In this document: positions 36,243 to 47,777 of the stretch, one piece after another | Layout: every line of letters starts with the position of its first letter | Position numbering within the stretch: position 1 is the stretch's first letter | Position numbers and translations under genes: made by a program | Source: Basidiobolus meristosporus CBS 931.73 | Lineage: Eukaryota; Fungi; Basidiobolomycota | Length of the DNA stretch: 64,000 nt | NCBI GenBank assembly: GCA_002104905.1 | Contig: MCFE01000321.1 | Span: 1-64,000, forward strand | Reading direction: 5' to 3' | Notes under the pieces: generated by a model | The model's database searches: none | Seen by the model: the letters and a program-made list of their open reading frames with translations, nothing else | Told to the model about the DNA's origin: nothing

Positions 36243-36968
36243 GACTTCTTCTGTTGGATAGTGCCATATCAAGACATAAGTACCAAATGAGGCTATAGTG
36301 TCCCAAGGAGGCAAAGTGAGCCTATACATGGCCACAGAGTGTGAAATATAGCTCTGCATCTTCATGCAAAGCAGCCCCTGTGCTTCACCCATTGTGCTGG
36401 AGAAAATTCATTTTTTGACCTTTTTTTTGGATCAATATTGTGCAGAATGTGCAAGAGCACAAAAAAATTGAAGACATGTGTCAGGTACTCATTACCTATG
36501 GCACTCTGAATCTAGCCCTGTGGCTTGTATCATGTCACAAAGATTATGGGACTATCTTGGTCCACTGGTACTATCAGGCACTATATTTAAATATTAGCCC
36601 TAAAGTAAAACCTATAAAAGCACTTATAGTGCCAGATAGTACCAGTGGACCAAGATAGTGCCATGCATTTTGGTGACATGATACAAGCCACATGGCTAGA
36701 TTCAGAGTGCCATGAGTATTGGGTATCAGATCCATGTCTTCAGTTCTTCTGTGCTCTTACACATCCTGAACAATGTTGATTCAACAAAAAGGTCAAAAAA
36801 TGGATTTTCTCCAGCGCTATGGGTGAAACACAGGGGCTGCTATTCATGAAGATGAAGAGTCATGTTTTACGCGCTGTGGCTAAGTTTAGGTCCACTACAC
36901 CTTTCTGGCATGTAATGGCACTATTTGGCACCCATGGCTCAATGTAGCACTATCCAACACAACAAGTC
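36243..36968. mobile_element. Foldback/MITE-like element, copy 2 (726 bp)
   Basis: Two ~345-bp inverted arms around a ~40-bp spacer. Removing it plus one TA restores the in-frame host RT IQILLTSAAKY (cf. IRLILAIAAKY at about 43690). Confidence 0.9.
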
Positions 36969-37699
36969 TACTAACCAGTGCAGCCAAATATAGGTTTTTG
37001 GCTCCTCAAATGGATGTAAAGCTACATTTTGGTATGGAGAACTTGATGAAAACCTGTACATGGACCATCTTGATATGTTGGTTGGGCAGGATAACCTAAG
37101 CTTGGTCTGCAAGATTAAAAATCTCTATATGGTGTGAAACTATCATCAGGAGCCTAGAATTGCAAAATAGATTTGTATTTGGAATCACTGAGTTTCCATA
37201 AATGTACTGCCAGCCACTGTATCTACTATAAGCTAGGTAGAGCAAGTCTGGCTCTGTTAGCTCTCAATATTGGTGCAATTATTATAGCCAGCAATAACTG
37301 AGAAACACTGGAAGAGACTAAATCCAGCACATCTAAGGAGTTCAAGATGTCTTATCTAGGAGAACTCAGTTACTGCTTAAAGATAAATTTCTCTCTAAAT
37401 AGAGGTATCTAAGTTATCACCCTTAGACGGTCCAATTATATTCAAGATAAGTTCAAGTGGTGCTATGTGGATGACTGTAAGTTAGCAGCTACCCTAATGA
37501 AGCCAAACCTTAGCTTTGTCCAGGTTTTGTTTTAAATATTTTTTAAATCCAAATTCAGGCTAAATATCAGCTTACACACATTACTATTTCAAAAATGCGT
37601 GAACTAAACCTCATGGTTGCTAATTCAATAATTACCAACAAGTTTAAAAATATGCCTTGAAATATATATTTTTAAATCCAAATTCAAGCCAAATATCAA

Positions 37700-40600
37700 C
37701 ATTTATACTTTTATATGGTCTTAGAGTAATGGGCACTGAGAATAGATTTAGGAAGGCTCTTAGAACAAGTGTGCAAATTGTGTGCTGTTTTGGCAACTTA
37801 TCAAATCTTTATGACTGGGTATCTGATATTTTGATGAAAATATTCCAGGTAGATCCTAACAAGGAATGTGGTCAGTATTCTCTAAGATTTGTAGGTAAAG
37901 ATCTGAGTGGCAAGTTAGGTGAGTATTTAGGTGGATTTATGAGCCTTCACAATACTCCTGCTGAACTAAACGCTCATACTGAATAGTTCTGATATTGACC
38001 TATGATTTTCAAATTTGTCTCTAGCTTATGGCTTCATAGATTTGTCTGCAATCATTTAATCTATAAGACAGCAAGCTGATTTAACTAAGTTATGTTCTGT
38101 AGTTTTACATATGATATAATGTCTAATATCTTTCTGTATAGGTCCAGTATAAGAAGTTGGATTTCTACCTAAACTTGTATACATCCTTCCTTATCTTGAA
38201 ACAAAGTAATGAGTACTCTTGACATAAGTCTAAGTCTTTAAAAAGCTTTCTGAGCCCCATTACCTCTTTTGTAGCTTCACAGGCTGCCATATACTCTGCC
38301 TCTGTGGTGGAAAGTGTGTCAGTAGGTTGCTTTCTTGAATTCCATGAACTTGCTCCTTTGCAGTGAAGAAAGGTGTATGCCATGATGGATCATCTGTCTT
38401 CTAAACTTTGTCCCCAGTCTGCATGGGTATATTTTGTGAGATCCTGTTCTGCATCTTTATTGGTGTTCCTTGAGCAGATATCAGCAGCTCCTTTTAGGTA
38501 TCTAAAAATCCACTCAACTGCTGCATATGATCAGATCCATAGTTCTGATTATGCTGGCAGACAACTCCCACCAAGTATGCATATCTGCTCAGGTTTCAAG
38601 CATAAAATGTGTTGGACTACCAGACATAGCTTAGTAAGCAAATGCTGGCTTTCAGATGGCCCCAGACTCACTTGACTTGGTTGAGCTTGGACTAACTTAA
38701 GGTTTGTCCCCATTGGAGTAGCTGCTGATTTACAGTCTTCCATTTGGTACTTCTTGATTATATCTTGAATATACTTTGACTGGGTAAAGGTGATAGTCTT
38801 GGTACTTCTGTTATTGTAGAACATAATTCCTAATGAATAACTGGGTTCCCTAGACTGGATATCTTGGGCTCCTTAGATATGCTGGATTTGATCTCTTCCA
38901 TATAGTAGATACTATGGTCAGCAGTACCTTTTGGCAACTAAATGATTTCTAGTAAGAATCTGTCTTGCATATCCAGGCTCTTTGTCATTGTTCCAGAATA
39001 TATAGAAAGCTTTTGAGCTTTCAGACCAAACAGGGGCTATTTGATCAGCAAGCCCTCCAGGCTGGTCTATGTACCTGCTCTCATCAAGCTCTCCTCTCAG
39101 AAATGCAGTTGTTGCATCCACTTGGTGAATCAAAAATCTTTTTTGGCTGCAATAGTTAGCATTTATATGCTGGATTAAATCTTGCTACTGGTGCAAAGGT
39201 CTCAGTGAATTTAAGTCTTTTATTTGAGAGTATTCTTGAGCCACAAGTCCTGCTTTGTAACCTTCAACTGTACCATCAGCCTTGTAATTCTCTTGAAGAT
39301 ACATCTATATCTGATTGAGTTTTGGCTGATTGATAATTTGATTAAGTTACAAGTTTGATTTGCATTAGGACCTGACACTCCCCAGTCATTGTAGACCTCT
39401 AAAACCTTGTCTGAGGGCTATTTAGAGTCTTTTTTACAGTCTGAGTCTTATTAATGTGGACTGAATAGGTATATGCTAGAAATGTAACCTTGCTGATATA
39501 GTATATGGGCTAGTTCTGGTCTAGTTGGGTCTACTGGCTTGTAATACTAGAATGATCACTTCTGAGATATTTCTTGGCACTGATTCTGGCTGCACCATGG
39601 TTATCAAGTCCTCTGGAGTGAAAGGAATCTCATTGTTTTCCTCTGATTCAATCCTGACTGGTAATGCACTTGAGGTCAGATTTTTGTAATCATCTGATGT
39701 CATTTTTTGTAAAAAATCTTAATTTCTGTTAAGAACACATCATTGAACTAGATCCACTTCATTGCTTTGGAATTGTAGAGTCTAATATACCCTACTATCA
39801 GTGCAGTAGCCCAAAAGGTTGCATTTCACACTTTTGGGCTCAAATTTTGACTGATTTCAGAGCAGTTTCTTGGCATATGCTGTGCACCCAAGTGTTCTTA
39901 GATATACTGCACTTGGCCTGTACTCATATCATGCTGCAAGTGCAGTAGGCTCACAAGTTATTCTGTCATAGCTCCTATTTCAAGGGATACAGTTGTGGCA
40001 ATTAATTTGCCCAAAAATTGAAGGATAATATGATACTTGATCATAGAGCTTGCCATTTATACAACTCATCTGTTTGCACATCTGGTCACTTCATTTTGCT
40101 GTAGGGAGTATGGCACAGTAGTCTCTAGCTTATCCCATGAATGTTGCAGCAGTGTATGAAAAGTTTTGAGGTATACTCTTGATCATTGGCAGAGCATATT
40201 TTCTTGATTTTTCACTGGTTTCTCTCTCTACCATGGCTTTAGACTCTCTGAGCTTTGACAAAGTTTCTTCCTTTTTTCCCATGAAGTAGCCCCTTGTGTA
40301 TCATGTATTATCATTAATTAAAGTGACAAAGTACTTCATCATGCCTAAGGATAAATATTTGTAGGACCATATTGACCAGGATAAATTAAAGCTAATTTTT
40401 CTTAGTTTCTATTAACTCAGAGCCCCTGAGCAGCTCTCTGTCGTTTTTCCCATATATGCAGGCCTCATAGTGCTACAAGTTAACTGGGGAATCAAATTTA
40501 CTTTAGAAATTAGCTAGTCTGATCATTTTGCACCAATAAACATATGATGTGTTCAAATCTCCAGTGCCAATGCATTGGTGCTTCCTTATTTAAGTTACCT

Positions 40601-40798
40601 GCGTTGGCTTCCTGATATGATGGAATATAAGTCAAATTACATAGATTCTGCTCCCTGATTACCAAAGCAATATGGGTACCATTTTGATCAGCAATCCTGC
40701 ATCTAGAACTGTCAAAGCTGAAACTGAGTCCTTCTGCTGAGGTCTCACTTACAGAGAGTAGGTTCTTGGCAATTTCCGGTATATAGAGTACTTCCTTG
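37700..40798 (-). mobile_element. Copia-2 relic: truncated 3' LTR, RNase H, RT, integrase, protease
   Basis: STTEAEYMAACEATKE (38165-38383), FTQSKYIQDIIKKY, HQVDATTAF, KEVLYIPEIAKNLLSVS at the right end. Partial LTR-Z at about 37700-37953. Confidence 0.85.
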
Positions 40799-43700
40799 TG
40801 TTGTAAGAGTCTTGGAGATATTAGAAGTTATTTAGGAGGACAAGTAGATTATGTGGTTTTCACTCAGAGATATATTGAGTGTAAAAGTAGTACTTATACT
40901 TTTACATGGTCTTGGCATTACAAGCACATAGAATAGGTTAATGAAGGTCCCAAGAGCATGTGTGCAAAGTTTGGGGATGCTTGGACAACTTTGAGAATTT
41001 TCATGATCTGGGTACCTGGTATTGTGGTGAAAATATTCTATGTAAATCCCAACAAGGAACTTGGTTAGTATTCTATAGGATTTGAAGGTAATTATCTAAG
41101 TGACTAAGTTAGGTGAATATCCAGGTGGACTTACAAACTTCTACAACACTCCCACTCTGCTAAATGCACATACTGACCAGTCCTAATTTTGACCTAAGAT
41201 ATTCAAGCTCATCTCTAGCTAATGTTTCATAAATATGTCTGCAATCATATCATCTGAGGGACAGTAAATTAAGCTAACTTGTTACGCTCTATAGCTTCAC
41301 GTATGAAATGATGTCAAATATTTATGTGCTTGGTTCTAGCATGAAAGGTTGGATCTCTACCTAACTTTGTACATCCTTGATTATCCTGAAATAAGTAATA
41401 GGTGTTTTTTGACTTAGGCCTAAATCTGTACAAAGCTTTCAGAACCACATTGCTTCTTCTGTAGCTTCACAAGCTGCAATATACTCTGCCTCTGTGGTAG
41501 AGAGTGCTACGGTTAGTTGCTTTTGTGAATTCTATGAAACTGCTCCTTTGCAGTAAGGAAAGGTGCATCCAATGGTGGATCATCTGTATTCCAACTGATA
41601 TCCCAATAAACATCATAGTATGCTGCAAGATCCTGTTTTAACTCCTTATAGTTATATCTTAAGCAGATATCCACAGTTCCTTTTAGGTATCTAAAAGTCT
41701 GCTTAACTGCTCCAATATGATCAGATCCATAGTTCTGATAATGCTGGCTGACAACTCCCACTGAATATTAGATATCTGGACATGTTCTAAGCATGAAATA
41801 AATCAGACTGCTGACTATAGTTTGATAAGGAAAGTCAGGGCTTTTGGATGGTGTCAAGCTCTCTTGATTTGGTTGAGTGTTGACCAAGTTAAGGCAGACT
41901 GGTGCTTCAGAAAGTGAGATAGTCAGCAGAAAAAGCCTAAGAAATGCCAATTAAGAAGGTTTTCATGGGTGACAATAGAACAATTGATGCAGTGGGCAAA
42001 TGAACTATCCAAGTAAGCCTTAGATGCAAAGAAGGAAGCCATACACTGACCTTTAAAGAAGTACGCTATGTACCAGAAATAGCCAAGAACCTATCATCTG
42101 TAAGCAAGGCCACTGTAAAAGAACTCAGCTTCAGCTTTGACAATTCTGGATGCAGGATCACTGATCAAAATGGTGCCCATGTTGCTTTGGGTATCAGATA
42201 TCAGAATCTATACAAGTTGACTTATATTCCATCATATCTGGAAGCTGATATCAGTAACTTAAATGAAGTAACACCAGTGGTCTGACACAGAAGATTTGGA
42301 CACATCAATTTAGATTATTTGTGCAAAATAATCATATATCATCCAATTTCCAGAGCAAAAATTGATCCCCTAGCTGATTTAGAGCACTGTGAAGCCTGCA
42401 TATATGGGAAATAAGCTAGACAACCATTCAAGAGCTTTGGGTTAATCAAAACTAAGAAAAAATTAGATCCAGTCATTTCAGATCTGTGTGGACCTATGCA
42501 AAGTTTATCATTAGGTGGGATGTAGTATTTAATCACTTTTATCGATGATTTTACATGGGTCTACTTCATGAAGTGAAAGGAAGAAGCTCTGTCTAAGTTC
42601 AGGGAGTTCAAAGTCATGGTGGAGAGAGAAACTAGTGAAAATATCATGAAAATACACTCTGACAATGGTGGAGAATATACCTCAAAACTCCTCATCCACT
42701 TCTGCAAAATTCATGGGATAAAGCAAGAGACCACTGTGACATACTCCCCACAGCAAAATAGAGCAACAAAACATGCAAATAGATCAATAATTGATATGGC
42801 AAGATCTATGTTCTATAATCAAAAATTATCCTATGATATTTGGGCAGAATCAGTTGCCACTGCTGTATACCTTAACAATAGGAGTTATAACAGAATACTT
42901 TGTAATTCTACTCTATTTGAGGCATGGCATGGAGACAGGCCAAGTATAGAGCTTCTAAGAGAACTTGTGTGTACATCATGTGCCAAGAAACTGCCCAGAA
43001 ATCAGTCAAAGTTTGAGCCAAAGAGTCTAAATTGCATATATTTGGGCTACAGCAATGAAAGTAAAGCATACAGACTCTACAATGCCAAAGCAAAGAAGCT
43101 TATCAAGCTCAGGGATGTGTTGCCTGGTGAAAATGGAAAACTTTCACAAATAATGACATCTGATGATGACAAAAATCTGATCTCAAGTCCACCAATTGTC
43201 AGGACAGAATCAGAGCTAAACAATGAGAATTTTTCACTCCAGTGGACTCTACAACCATGGTACAGCCAGAATCAGTGCCCAGGAATATCCCAGAAGAGAT
43301 TGTTTCAGTATCAAATGCCAGGAGATTCAACTGGACAAGAAATAGTCCTTATTACTAAATCATTGTGGGAACAAGTTTAGCCTATGCCTATTCAGTCATT
43401 ATTGATGAGCACCACACTTTCAAAGAGGCCCTAAATAGCCCTCAGACAAGGTTTTGGAGATCTGCAATGACTGAGGAATATCAGGCCCTGATGGAAAATC
43501 AAACTTGGGACTTGGTCAAATTACCTATCAATCAAAAATCAATTGGATGCAGATGGGTCTCTAAGACAAAATATAAGGCTAATGGCACAATTGAAAGATA
43601 CAAAGCAAGATTTGTGGCCAAAGAATACTCTCAAATAAAGGGACTTGAGTATATTGAGACCTTTGCACCAGTAGCCAAATTTATTTCCATCAGATTAATA

Positions 43701-44621
43701 TTGGCTATTGCAGCCAAATATGAGTTTTTTATACATCAAATGGATATAAAAACTGCACTTTGAATAGAGAGCTTGACAAGGATGAGTATACATACCAGCT
43801 TGATGTGTTGATTACCCAGGATAACCCCCATTTGGTCTGCAAGCTTAAAAATACCTATATGGTCTCAAACAATCACCAAAAGCCTGGAATTGCAAGATAG
43901 ATTCATACTTGGAGTCTTTGAGTTTCAAAAGGAGTTGTGCTGACTATAATATGTACTATAAGCCAGATAGAGTAATTCTAGTTCTATTAGTTCTTTATGT
44001 GAATAATCTTATTATAGCCACCAATAATCTCAAACATTGGAACAGACTAAATCCAGTCTATCTAATTAGCTCAAGATTTCAAATCTAGGAGAACTCAGTT
44101 ACTACTTTGGGATAAAGTTCTCCCTAGACAGAAGTACCCAGACTATCACCCTAAGCCAATCCAAGTATATTCAAGGTAAACTAAAGAAGTACCAAATGGG
44201 AGTCTGTAAACCAGCAGCTACCCCAATGGAGACAAACCTTAACTTGGACAAAACTCAACCAAATCAAGAGAGCTTGCATGCTAGAGCTACGCATTGTTAG
44301 AGCCTTGGAGATATTGGAAGTGTTTGGGAGGACAAGTAGATTATGTGATTTTCACTTAAAAGTTTATTGAAAGTACAAGTAGTATTTATACTTTTACATG
44401 GTCTTGGCATAATAAGCACATATAATAGGTTTAGGAAGGTCCCAAGAGCATGTATTGTCAGTTTGGAGCTGTTTGGATGACTTTGAGAATTTCTGTGTTC
44501 TGGGTAAACATTCTAAGTAAATCCCAACAAGGAATTGACCAGAATTTTCTATGATTTGTAGACAGTGATCCAAGTGACTAAGTTAGGTACATATTCAGGT
44601 GTGATTACAAAATTTACAACA
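40799..44621. mobile_element. Rearranged Copia-2 unit: LTR - (minus) RH/RT - (plus) PR/IN/RT - LTR
   Basis: Direct-repeat LTR-Z copies at 40799-41148 and about 44292-44621. RNase H/RT on the minus strand at 41150-41900 with a PPT-like GAGTGGGAG. PR-IN-RT on the plus strand at 41940-44280 (ORFs 42616-43380 and 43365-43763). No TSD. Confidence 0.75.
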
Positions 44622-45274
44622 ACTTCCTGCCCACATAACTTGCCATAGTGACAAAGCTTCCATATATGAAAGTTCTTACAGCACCTAAAAAGTCCTTAGG
44701 CTTTTTATGAATGCTTTTGGTGCCTTCTTAATTATAATGTGTCTTGCCTTTGAAGCCTTGTAAACATATATATATCATTAAGTGAGAGCAACATAATCTA
44801 AAGCCCCACATTTGTAAGGTGATTACCAATTCATAGAACTATCAGAGATTTGATGCTATTTGCAAATTAATTTCGTACCAAGAAAATGCAAGCCTAGAAA
44901 TTTGCACAAGTTTTCAAATATTTGGATTGTTTAGACAAGATAAGAAGTCTAAATGGTTAAGTGAATGGATAGCCAAATCCCTAGTAATATTCTAGTCACT
45001 CCATTTGTCAAGTAAAACCTACAATGTAATGATTGATATTGCTTAAATTGGACGTAGGCGATGGCAGTATTCTTATGGAAACTGCAAAGAACCTGGTTAG
45101 GACACTTCGTCTGCAATTAGTGGATAGACCATATTGGTACGTGATGATTGGCCAACAAAGATATTTCAACAGCTCCTATATTAGAAACTACAGCACATGA
45201 ACGCTCTCTAGAGGTGCACATAGAGAATAGAGTGCTTCATTCAACTGAGTGCACTTATTAAGCAAGAATCTCTG

Positions 45275-46680
45275 ATGAAGAAGCCCGATTCCTCTGGAAA
45301 AGCTTACTTGAGGACACTCCAGACTTGGTCCTCTCTAGCGCTCCAAATCTCGCTCAGAGATTGGCTATTAATAGTTGTTCTTATTTTTGGTGGTTGCTGC
45401 AGTAATGTATTTACCCTAGAGGTTCTCGTAGGGTAAGTGAACAATACAGTTGGTTTACTTGCATTGGCTTTTTTCTCAATTTCCTATTCTTCAAAGGGGA
45501 GCCAAAAAAAGTGGAAACCTTGTAACCTGTGCTCAGTTCTTATTCGTATCTTTGGATGGGCTAATGCAGCACATAGATATACCAAAGGGATCCTATCTTC
45601 CGCGGCTTAAAGAGCGAAAGGTTCCGGTTCATGTCTGGCTCATCATGGTCGTTCTCTTCTTCTCGCTGTCTGTGATGAATAATCTAGCGCTTGGCTACCA
45701 TATCTCGGTTCCTCTTCACATTATATTCAGATCGGCCGGGCTCATGTTCAACATGATTTTGGGCTGGCTCGTACTAAACAAAAGGTAAGTAAGGTTTGAG
45801 GGTTGCTGGCCTTACTCTGTTCTCATGGCGTTGCTTTGATACAGATACTCCGCGAAACAGATCGTGGCAGTGATCCTAATATCCATTGGTGTGACTGCCG
45901 CCACTTTAAGCTCGGCTGACACTTCCAAGGTAAGCTTGGTCAATGGCCTATTGGTGCGCCGGATAACTCAGCTTTGTATGTACGCCACAGGGTGTATCGC
46001 ACGATCAAATGAACTATAGCGACTGGATGATTGGAGTGTCTCTCTTGCTTATTGCTATTGTTCTTTCGTCTCTACTGGGTCTGTACCAGGAGGTGACATA
46101 CAAAAAGTACGGAAACCAGTGGCGGGAGAGTTTGTTTTACACGGTAAGCTGAGTTGGGTGTTCGATGGTGGTTCGTGTACTGACTGCCACATCTTAGCAC
46201 TTCTTCTCCCTCCCATTCTTTGCTCTGTTCTACCGAGACATCCTGGAGCAGATACAGATCTACATCGCCTCGGAGCCAATGAAGCTGAGCCAGGTCTTTG
46301 AAGGCCTTCCTCTTCACGGCATCGCGCAATTGGTGTTGGGCGACGTAGCATGTCCGAAGCTACTCCTGTTCCTTGTCTTCAACATCCTAACCCAGTAAGC
46401 ATCCAGCTTAGCCTAACCTCGACAACCACGGCTAACCCTACCCTCCCTTAGGTATGTCTGCATCTCCGGTGTTCACAGACTCACTGGAATGGCCACATCC
46501 TTGACCCTGAACTTGGTGTTGACCCTTCGCAAGCTCGTCAGTCTGGTGATATCAGTGTGGTACTTTGACAACGAGCTCAGCTTCGAAGCCATGGTCGGAT
46601 GCAGTATGGTGTTCTTGGGCACGGTGCTGTATTCCTTGGGCTCGAGAAGCCAACAGAAGCCCAAGCAGAAAACCACTTGA
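45275..46680 (+). CDS. YEA4: UDP-GlcNAc/UDP-xylose nucleotide-sugar transporter (SLC35B4/YEA4 family), spliced
   Basis: MKKPDSS...LIFGGCCSNVFTLE; MNNLALGYHISVPLHIIFRSAGL; SLTLNLVLTLRKLVSLVISVWYF. GT-AG introns. Confidence 0.9.
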
Positions 46681-46794
46681 ATATCCCAACATGTGATACC
46701 ATTGCATAGAGTAAATAAAAGCCATCAATGTCTGGAGGAACTGGATATTTATTATTAGCTGATAGCCAATCTCCTAAGAAAGAAAAGATAGCGT

Positions 46795-47185
46795 CTAGTC
46801 GAAAAGACCGAAACCCATATCATCATCAGATTCTTCCTTGGCCTCCTCCTTCTCCTCGGCAGCTGGGCATCAGTGGCAGCTTCACCAGCAGCGGCACCGG
46901 CAGCAGCGGCAGGAGCAGCACCTCCAGAGCCAACATTCATCAACAAATCGCCAATGTTCTTGCCAGCCAAGGCCTTGGCGAAGAGGGAAGCCCAAACAGG
47001 CTCGACCTCAACACCGGCGGCTTTGGTGAGAGCAGTGAGCTTGTCAGCCTGCAATGTACATTAATTAGTATCCAATGCCGAGATACGCCACATCCATCAA
47101 CCCAGGGTCAACTACTTACAGTGATCTCAACACCGTCATCTTGGAGGATGAGAGCGGCATAGACAATAGCTTGTTCAGATGACAT
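46795..47185 (-). CDS. RPP1: 60S acidic ribosomal protein P1, one intron, apparent 1-bp frameshift at about 46865
   Basis: [22 protein letters not shown]|[27 protein letters not shown]. The canonical tail [20 protein letters not shown] is present but out of frame by one base. Confidence 0.9.
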
Positions 47186-47777
47186 TTTAAAAGATAGTGA
47201 AACTCGTGATGCGCAAGTAACGATTTAACTCTTAACGAGATACAAGACGCTTCAACACGAACGGGGCTGTTAGCGAAAATGGGAAGAGAGAATCAAGCAT
47301 CATGGTGCCTTTTTGTTCATGTCCCATTAACCATCCGGCACACTTCATTGGACGAAAAATTCCTCCATCCATTGGCTTCATCAACCCACTTTTTTTCTGG
47401 CTTCTTTTTTAATAGCCGTATGTGACCGGCTCAGTTTAGTAGGGCTTTGATTTGCTGATTAAAGACTTGGTAGTTTCAATCCTGCATTTATTAATATCAT
47501 CTACGCTGTATTTTTCTATCGTGATTATTCATTTTGTTGGTTTCAAAATGTTGCTTCAATGCTCATGAAGCTAATCCAAGCCAGTTGATTGGTGCCGAAA
47601 GTAAACAATCTACACAATTTGCACGAATCGCGAAAGTGGATAACTCTTCAATTATATAAACAACTCCAGGCGTGAAGACTTGCCTCGATAGTTCTGCGGT
47701 TCACATTCCACTTTTCGCGTCAATCGTTGTTCAATACACATATTAGTACTTTAGATATTATTACATTACATTCTTCC

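Larger units (their letters stand above)
34120..37525 (+). pseudogene. Copia-2 integrase-RT relic, interrupted by LTR-X and the foldback element
   Basis: LITFIDDNTRYLWVNFMKTKEEALSKF...SDRGGE|YTSKL; GYSQTKGLDYTET; QMDVKA. Colinear with 42430-44250. Confidence 0.85.

Noticed and set aside
40790-44626. ACTTC near both outer ends of the rearranged Copia-2 unit as a TSD
   Set aside because: The left ACTTC is 4 bp away from the LTR start and is part of the host KEVLY codons. The right flank does not continue the host.
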